DNA of 44,050 nucleotides from positions 1-44,050 of the forward strand of contig SXVG01000023.1 of NCBI GenBank assembly GCA_005791685.1, in the 5' to 3' direction. A program made the position numbers and the translations under genes. Below, one piece after another: positions 37,993-44,050 of the stretch. Below the pieces are notes generated by a model. It ran no database searches and was not told the origin of the DNA. It saw only the letters and a list, made by a program, of their open reading frames with translations. Positions within the stretch are counted from its first letter, which is position 1; each line of letters begins with the position of its first letter. Origin of the DNA: Methylotenera sp. Its GTDB lineage: Bacteria; Pseudomonadota; Gammaproteobacteria; Burkholderiales; Methylophilaceae.

Positions 37993-38066
37993 TTAGGGGC
38001 TAGGATTCAGGATCTAGGATCTAGGGGCTGATTCCCAATCCCTAGTCCCTAGTCCCTAGTCCCTAA
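37993..38066. repeat. Inverted arrays of heptamer tandem repeats (5 x YTAGGRN facing 5 x TCCCTAG-like)
   Basis: TTAGGGG CTAGGAT TCAGGAT CTAGGAT CTAGGGG ctga TTCCCAA TCCCTAG TCCCTAG TCCCTAG TCCCTAA read directly from the sequence. Confidence 0.92.
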
Positions 38067-38067
38067 T

Positions 38068-39879
38068 TTAAGCAAAACTACGCGGGCGACGTGGTGCGTT
38101 GCTGCCCGCATTGGCCTGGCCAAAGTTGCGTGTATCGTTGTTAGTGCGAGCTGGACGATTGTCTGCTCTGGCGCTGTCGCGACGTTGCGGAGCGGCTGAA
38201 CGATCAGTACGGCTAGCCTCGTTGCGACCTTCGTAACGAGCACCTAATACTCGGTTGTCACCGCGATTGGCATCCTGACGGTTGCCACGGCTATCACGGT
38301 CACCACGTGTCGCACTTGCGCCATCGCGTGAGTAAGGCTTCTTGCCAAAAGCAATGCTGTCGCCAAAGCTGCGATTAGGTGCGCCGACCGCGGCGCGGTT
38401 GCTTTGTGGGCGATCGTTACGGTTGCCGCTGTTGGCACGATCAGCAAAGTTGCGTACAGCGTCGCCAGCAGATTTGTCTGCGCGGTCGGCTGTGTTGCCG
38501 TTGCTTGGGCGTGCGGTAAAATCGCGGTTGCTACGGTTTTCATCGCGGCTATTATCACGGTTAAAGCTCGCGCCATCGCGTGCTTGGAAACCCGCGTTGC
38601 GTTCTGTGCGTGGGCCACGGTCGTTAAAGCTGCCGCGTTCATCACGCGGTTTAAAGCCACGACCACCACCTGGTTTGTGCGCATCACGGCGAATATCGCC
38701 GCGGTCGCCACGGCCATTGCCTGGGCCGTCCATTTTCATGGCACGTTTAGGTTCAAAACCTTCAATCGCAGAAGGCGCCATACGGTTGCCGGTGAATTGT
38801 TCAATTTTACGCAAGATGTGTCTGTCTATATTAGAGGCAAATGAAATGGCAATGCCGGTATTGCCAGCGCGGCCAGTACGACCAATACGGTGCACGTAAT
38901 CTTCGGCAAATTTTGGCAAATCGTAGTTGATCACGTGGCTGATGCCATGCACATCAATGCCGCGTGCGGCGACATCGGTGGCCACCAACACTTTGACATC
39001 GCCTTGACGCAACTTGGTTAAAGTGCGGTTACGCGCGCCTTGGGTCATGTCGCCATGCAAGGCCGCTGTTTTGTGGCCAGCCGCGTACAAGTCTTCGGCC
39101 AATACGTCGCAATGGCGTTTGGTTGACGTAAAAATGATGGCTTGATTCACTTCCGGAGCAATCAACAAATGCTCTAGCAATTTGTTTTTATGCGTCATGT
39201 CATCCACGTAGTGCAAACGTTGCTCAATGTTGGCGTGTTTTTCTTTTTGCGTGGCGATTTGTATGGTTTTTGGATTTTTAAGAATTTGTTTGGCGATGCG
39301 GGCAATGTCACCGTCTAAGGTGGCAGAGAACAACAGTGTTTGACGCTCAGCCGTTAGTTGCTCACAAATGCGCTCCACATCCGGTAAGAAACCCATGTCC
39401 AGCATACGGTCTGCTTCATCTAATACCAACATCTGCAAACGGGATAAGTCTATGCGGCCGCGCTCCATGTGGTCTAGCAAGCGACCTGGGGTAGCCACTA
39501 AAATATCCAAGGGTTGTGACAGCAATTTGTTTTGTAATGGGTAGGCCATGCCACCGACGATGCTCACGGTGCGGGCACGGATGAATTTACCGTACTTGCG
39601 CGCGGCATCGTTCACTTGGGTGGCCAGTTCACGGGTAGGCACCAAGACCAAAATACGTGGGCCACGGCTTTTGAGTTCGTGTGGGGTGGCCAGCAAGTTT
39701 AAAGCAGGCAACATAAAGGCCGCGGTTTTGCCGGTGCCGGTTTGTGCAGAGGCCATCAAGTCATGACCTGCGGTCACGACAGGGATGGCCTGCGCTTGAA
39801 TGGCGGTAGGGGTAGTGTAGCCAGATTCTTCAATGGCACGAAGTAAGGCGTTATCAAGATTTAATGATGCAAAAGACAA
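38068..39879 (-). CDS. DEAD-box RNA helicase with a long R/G/D/N-rich disordered C-terminal tail
   Basis: All DEAD-box motifs lie in the first ~375 aa. TTG start with AAGGG RBS; ~220-aa low-complexity tail. Confidence 0.93.
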   Translation of the reverse strand: MSFASLNLDNALLRAIEESGYTTPTAIQAQAIPVVTAGHDLMASAQTGTGKTAAFMLPALNLLATPHELKSRGPRILVLVPTRELATQVNDAARKYGKFIRARTVSIVGGMAYPLQNKLLSQPLDILVATPGRLLDHMERGRIDLSRLQMLVLDEADRMLDMGFLPDVERICEQLTAERQTLLFSATLDGDIARIAKQILKNPKTIQIATQKEKHANIEQRLHYVDDMTHKNKLLEHLLIAPEVNQAIIFTSTKRHCDVLAEDLYAAGHKTAALHGDMTQGARNRTLTKLRQGDVKVLVATDVAARGIDVHGISHVINYDLPKFAEDYVHRIGRTGRAGNTGIAISFASNIDRHILRKIEQFTGNRMAPSAIEGFEPKRAMKMDGPGNGRGDRGDIRRDAHKPGGGRGFKPRDERGSFNDRGPRTERNAGFQARDGASFNRDNSRDENRSNRDFTARPSNGNTADRADKSAGDAVRNFADRANSGNRNDRPQSNRAAVGAPNRSFGDSIAFGKKPYSRDGASATRGDRDSRGNRQDANRGDNRVLGARYEGRNEASRTDRSAAPQRRDSARADNRPARTNNDTRNFGQANAGSNAPRRPRSFA

Positions 39880-40232
39880 AGTAGACCCTTTCTAGTTTAT
39901 CGCCCATAAGCGATAACAAATAGTAAATAAAACAAAAGGGCGCTAAGTAAAAACGGGCATATCCTTTGCACATAAGCCATTTAGCTTATGCCACAAGGGC
40001 AATATAAACGCAGAAAATATTGGGTGCGAATAATCCGTTTGTCAGCCTTAATACAAGGCCTTAATTTTGATTACCACAAGCTAATACAATCTTTACCAGC
40101 GCACGGGCACAGCCGCTAACCAGTAAAAATCAAGGGTGTTGATTTCTTGATAGTTGCTACAAAAGTTCACGAGCAACAGAAGGGTCAGGGCAATGATTCA
40201 AGCATTACCAAAAAGCCAGTAATGCGAATGAA
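39880..40232 (-). promoter_or_regulatory. Long structured 5' leader of the DEAD-box helicase operon
   Basis: About 350 nt between the promoter and the TTG, containing at least five hairpins and an anti-SD segment. Confidence 0.65.
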
Positions 40233-40238
40233 GCGCGC

Positions 40239-40266
40239 AGTATAACCATTTAATTGGGAATGTCAA
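40239..40266 (-). promoter_or_regulatory. Near-consensus sigma70 promoter with GC-rich discriminator
   Basis: Minus strand TTGACA-N16-TATACT-GCGCGC, with an AT-rich upstream tract. Confidence 0.85.
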
Positions 40267-40306
40267 ATTAATAATTAAGAATGGCAAATTAATTAGCGCT
40301 TAAGTG

Positions 40307-40315
40307 TGTTAGAAT
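40307..40315 (+). promoter_or_regulatory. Extended -10 promoter of typA
   Basis: TGtTAGAAT followed by a CGCCGCC discriminator. Confidence 0.6.
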
Positions 40316-40343
40316 CGCCGCCTTTCAATACTGGCTCCACACT

Positions 40344-42173
40344 ATGTCAAGCACCCCAAGCAGCAGAAATTTAAGAAACGTCGCCATCATCGCCCACGTT
40401 GACCACGGTAAAACCACCATGGTAGACAAATTATTGCAACAAGCCGGCACGTTTGCTGCCCACCATGCGGTGGTAGAACGCGTCATGGACTCTAACGATT
40501 TAGAGAAAGAGCGCGGCATTACTATTTTGGCTAAGAACACCGCCTTGGTTTACGAGGGTACACGCATCAATATCGTGGACACCCCGGGCCATGCCGACTT
40601 TGGCGGCGAGGTTGAGCGTGTATTGGGCATGGTCGATGGCGTGGTGTTATTGGTGGACGCGGTGGAAGGCCCTATGCCACAAACCCGCTTCGTGACCAAG
40701 AAAGCCTTGGCTTTGGGTTTAAAACCCATAGTCGTGATCAATAAAGTGGACCGTCCAGGTTCCCGTACCGATTGGGTAATCAACCAAACCTTTGATTTGT
40801 TTGCCAATTTAGGCGCCAACGACGATCAGTTGGATTTCCCTATTGTGTATGCCTCTGCCATCAATGGCTACGCCATGTTAGACATGAAAACCCCGTCAGA
40901 CAATATGCGTGCCTTGTTTGACACCATCCTTAAACACGTGTCGCCACCAGCAGGTGACAGCAACGCTCCTTTGCAAATGCAAATTTCTGCGTTGGATTAT
41001 TCTACTTACACCGGTCGCTTGGGTGTGGGTCGCGTTAGTAACGGTAAGGTCAAAACCGGTCAAGCGGTGACCATCATGAATGGTGACAAGCAAGTGACCA
41101 TGGGTAAAATCAACCAAGTGTTGGGCTTCCAGGGTTTAGAGCGCGTGCCAGTGGAGCAGGCCGAAGCCGGTGACATCGTCATCGTTTCAGGCCTAGATGA
41201 CATCGGCATAGGCTTCACCATTTGCGACCGTGAGAACCCAGTGGGCTTGCCGCATTTAGGCGTGGACGAACCTACTTTGAGCATGGACTTTATGGTGAAC
41301 ACTTCGCCATTGGCCGGCACCGAAGGCAAGTTTGTCACGTCGCGTCAAATCCGTGACCGCTTAACCAAAGAGTTATTAGTCAACGTGGCTTTACGCGTGG
41401 AAGAAACCGAAGACGCCGACGTGTTCCGCGTATCCGGTCGTGGTGAATTGCACCTAACTATTCTGTTAGAAACCATGCGCCGTGAAGGTTTTGAAATGGC
41501 CGTGGGTAAGCCTAAAGTGGTGTTCCGTGAAATTAACGGTGAAAAATGCGAGCCGTATGAAATTCTAACCGTCGATTTGGAAGACGATCATCAAGGCACT
41601 GCCATGGAAGAATTGGGCCGCCGCCGTGGTGAAATGCAAAACATGGAATCCGATGGTAACGGCCGTACCCGTTTGGAATACAAGATTCCAGCCCGTGGTT
41701 TGATTGGTTTCCAAGGCGAGTTCTTAACCATGACACGCGGTACCGGTTTAATGGGTCACGTGTTCGATGAATACGCACCGGTTAAAGCCGACATGCCAGG
41801 TCGCCGTAATGGCGTATTGATTTCTGCAGAAAAAGGCGAGGCGGTGGCTTACGCACTATGGAAATTGCAAGACCGAGGAAAAATGTTCTCAGTGCCAGGC
41901 GATAAATTGTACGAGGGCATGATCATAGGCGTGCACAGCCGTGACAATGACTTGGTGGTGAACCCGATTAAAGGCAAGCAGTTGACCAACGTGCGCTCAT
42001 CCGGTACCGATGAAGCGGTGCGTTTGATTACGCCTATCGCCTTGTCCTTGGAATCCGCGGTTGAATTTATCGATGACGATGAATTGGTTGAAATTACGCC
42101 AAAAACCATACGCATACGTAAACGTCATTTAACTGAAAACGAGCGTAAACGCGCTGGCACCAATAAGGCGTAA
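40344..42173 (+). CDS. typA: Translational GTPase TypA/BipA
   Basis: [49 protein letters not shown]. Confidence 0.99.
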   Translation: MSSTPSSRNLRNVAIIAHVDHGKTTMVDKLLQQAGTFAAHHAVVERVMDSNDLEKERGITILAKNTALVYEGTRINIVDTPGHADFGGEVERVLGMVDGVVLLVDAVEGPMPQTRFVTKKALALGLKPIVVINKVDRPGSRTDWVINQTFDLFANLGANDDQLDFPIVYASAINGYAMLDMKTPSDNMRALFDTILKHVSPPAGDSNAPLQMQISALDYSTYTGRLGVGRVSNGKVKTGQAVTIMNGDKQVTMGKINQVLGFQGLERVPVEQAEAGDIVIVSGLDDIGIGFTICDRENPVGLPHLGVDEPTLSMDFMVNTSPLAGTEGKFVTSRQIRDRLTKELLVNVALRVEETEDADVFRVSGRGELHLTILLETMRREGFEMAVGKPKVVFREINGEKCEPYEILTVDLEDDHQGTAMEELGRRRGEMQNMESDGNGRTRLEYKIPARGLIGFQGEFLTMTRGTGLMGHVFDEYAPVKADMPGRRNGVLISAEKGEAVAYALWKLQDRGKMFSVPGDKLYEGMIIGVHSRDNDLVVNPIKGKQLTNVRSSGTDEAVRLITPIALSLESAVEFIDDDELVEITPKTIRIRKRHLTENERKRAGTNKA

Positions 42174-42204
42174 TTAGCTGACAAAAGCGTTCATATGCTT
42201 TTAC

Positions 42205-42240
42205 AATAAAAAACTCAGCTTTTAAGCTGGGTTTTTTATT
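42205..42240. terminator. Bidirectional intrinsic terminator between typA and the ABC-F gene
   Basis: AATAAAAAACTCAGCTT-tt-AAGCTGGGTTTTTTATT. Confidence 0.9.
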
Positions 42241-42272
42241 GGGTGAAGATTTTAACGGACGTTTATGCCAGT

Positions 42273-43868
42273 TTATTCCACGCCTTGGCTGGCCAAGTAG
42301 TCTTCGTAGTTACCGGTGAAGTCGACAATGCCATCGGCTTTAATTTCGATGATGCGAGTGGCGATGGAGCTAACAAATTCGCGGTCATGGCTGACAAAAA
42401 ACAGCGTGCCCTTGTATTTATCCAAGGCGGTATTGAGCGCCTCGATGGATTCCATGTCCATGTGGTTGGTCGGTTCGTCCATGAGCATGACGTTGGTGCG
42501 ACCCAACATCATTTTGCCGTAGAGCATGCGGCCTTTTTCGCCACCGGATAAGACTTTAACGGATTTCTTCGTGTCGTCGCCACCAAACAGTAAGCGTCCT
42601 AACATGCTGCGTACCACTTGGTCATCATCGCCCACTTGTCTGAAGCGTGACATCCACTCAAATAAGCTTTCACCTTGCTCAAATTCGTATTCGTGGTCCT
42701 GGGCAAAATAGCCTATATTGGCCTTTTCTGCCCATTTCACTTCACCGTGTTTAGGCTGTAAGTCACCGGCTAGGCAGCGTAAAAAGGTGGTTTTACCGAT
42801 GCCGTTTTCACCAATAATGGCGACTTTTTCGCCGGCTTCAAACATCATGCTGACGTCGTTAAACAGCGGTTTGTCAAAACCATGGCTAAGTTTCTTGATT
42901 TCCACGGCATTGCGGTACAGTTTTTCGCGATCGTCGTATTCAAAGCGTATGAAGGGGTATTGGCGGGACGACGGTTTGAATTCTTCTATCTTAATTTTAT
43001 CGATTTGCTTGGCGCGACTGGTGGCTTGTTTGGCTTTAGACGCGTTGGCCGAGAAACGGCGCACGAAGTCTTGCAAGTCGGCCACTTGCTGTTTGGCCTT
43101 GGCGTTGTCTTTGGCTTGTTGGGCGCGGGCAGCGGTGCTCGCTTCCATGTAGTCGTCGTAATTGCCAGGATAAACGGCAATCTTGCCGTAGTCCATGTCG
43201 CAGGTGTGGGTGCAGACTTGGTTTAAAAAGTGCCTATCGTGCGAAATGATGATCATGGTGCAGTCACGGTTATTCAGCACGTCTTCTAGCCAACGTATGG
43301 TGTTGATGTCCAAGTTGTTGGTAGGCTCATCGAGGAGCAATATGTCTGGGTTGGAGAACAGCGCTTGCACTAACAGCACGCGTAATTTCCAACCGGGTGC
43401 CACGGCACTCATTAAGCCGTTGTGCTGTTCTATGGGGATGCCCACGCCCAATAGCAATTCGCCGGCACGTGCTTCGGCCGTGTAGCCATCGTATTCGGCA
43501 AACACGCCCTCTAATTCAGCGGCGCGCATGTAGTCTTCTTCCGTGGCTTCTAAATTGGCGTAGATGGCATTTTTTTCTTGGTTGGCCTTCCACATTTGTT
43601 CGTGGCCCATCATCACCACGTCCAGCACGCGCTGGTCTTCGTAAGCAAATTGGTCTTGGCGTAAAAAAGCCATGCGTTCGTGGCTGTCTATAGACACGTT
43701 GCCGGCGCTGGGCGTCAAGACGCCAGCCAACACTTTCATGTAGGTAGACTTGCCGCAACCGTTGGCGCCGATTAAACCGTAGCGGTTGTTGTCGCCGAAT
43801 TTGACCGATACGTTTTCAAACAATGGCTTGGCGCCAAATTGCACAGTGATGTTGTTGCTGATTAACAT
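42273..43868 (-). CDS. ybiT: ABC-F family ATPase (YbiT-like)
   Basis: Two ABC domains ([16 protein letters not shown]), [24 protein letters not shown] linker; no TM segments. Confidence 0.92.
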   Translation of the reverse strand: MLISNNITVQFGAKPLFENVSVKFGDNNRYGLIGANGCGKSTYMKVLAGVLTPSAGNVSIDSHERMAFLRQDQFAYEDQRVLDVVMMGHEQMWKANQEKNAIYANLEATEEDYMRAAELEGVFAEYDGYTAEARAGELLLGVGIPIEQHNGLMSAVAPGWKLRVLLVQALFSNPDILLLDEPTNNLDINTIRWLEDVLNNRDCTMIIISHDRHFLNQVCTHTCDMDYGKIAVYPGNYDDYMEASTAARAQQAKDNAKAKQQVADLQDFVRRFSANASKAKQATSRAKQIDKIKIEEFKPSSRQYPFIRFEYDDREKLYRNAVEIKKLSHGFDKPLFNDVSMMFEAGEKVAIIGENGIGKTTFLRCLAGDLQPKHGEVKWAEKANIGYFAQDHEYEFEQGESLFEWMSRFRQVGDDDQVVRSMLGRLLFGGDDTKKSVKVLSGGEKGRMLYGKMMLGRTNVMLMDEPTNHMDMESIEALNTALDKYKGTLFFVSHDREFVSSIATRIIEIKADGIVDFTGNYEDYLASQGVE

Positions 43869-43883
43869 TGTTGCTTTCTCTTT

Positions 43884-43922
43884 TTAGGGGCTAGGGACTG
43901 GGGGTTAACCCCTAATTCCTAG
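43884..43922. repeat. Second, shorter inverted heptamer array
   Basis: TTAGGGG CTAGGGA CTGGGGG ttaa CCCCTAA TTCCTAG. Confidence 0.8.
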
Positions 43923-43926
43923 GTTA

Positions 43927-44049
43927 TTAAAATTGGTTATAAACGACCACTTCGTCCATGGCCAATTGACCGCCGCGTGGCGATGCTTCTTTTAAGGCTT
44001 TGCCCACCACGACAAACATGGTCGGGGTGTGGTCAGCCGGTAAGTTGAG
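43927..44049 (-). CDS. Nitroreductase-family protein, C-terminal 40 aa (5' end outside window)
   Basis: Manual translation LNLPADHTPTMFVVVGKALKEASPRGGQLAMDEVVVYNQF* matches the nitroreductase C-terminal pattern (LNLP...VGK...R...EVV..N.F). Confidence 0.7.
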   Translation of the reverse strand, partial: LNLPADHTPTMFVVVGKALKEASPRGGQLAMDEVVVYNQF

Positions 44050-44050
44050 C

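Noticed and set aside
37993-38066. Possible CRISPR array or contaminating telomeric sequence
   Set aside because: Units are 7 nt with no unique spacers and no cas genes. They are arranged as an inverted pair inside a bacterial operon.
38244-38899. Long overlapping ORFs (157, 185 and 146 aa) over the helicase tail
   Set aside because: Shadow frames produced by low-complexity, stop-poor codon usage; no RBS or recognisable motifs.

Overview
A gene-dense, mostly housekeeping chromosomal window from a betaproteobacterial methylotroph. Gene content and order point to Methylophilaceae (Methylotenera-like); this is an inference. In order it holds: the rimO 3' end, a small hypothetical gene, gltX, and hfq-hflX-hflK-hflC-DUF2065-hisZ-purA, which runs straight into four H4MPT/methylofuran biosynthesis genes (afpA/dmrB, orf20, orf19, orf22/mfnB). 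Next come an OmpA-family gene, an orphan vapB, mtaD-ubiG-gph, and SRP RNA (ffs)-dnaX-ybaB-recR. These are followed by ygjP, a sulfate-assimilation cluster (tauE-cysI-DUF934-cysH-cysD-cysN-fdxA) divergent from cysB, then DUF302-fhs-yigZ, an AI-2E transporter, rmuC-moaD-moaE and a LonC-like protease. The window ends with ribosome/RNA-maintenance genes (hslR, two DEAD-box helicases, typA, an ABC-F ATPase) and a nitroreductase 3' end. I found no prophage, IS element, CRISPR array, tRNA or rRNA. The most interesting signals are non-coding: a ~350-nt structured helicase leader with a long-range anti-SD, inverted heptamer (CTAGGGA-type) arrays with G-quadruplex/hairpin potential directly upstream of RBSs, and a trailer complementary to the SRP RNA. 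Also notable are an orphan antitoxin, a possible clamp-binding small protein, and single-base changes in normally invariant motifs of DnaX, Fhs and HflX.
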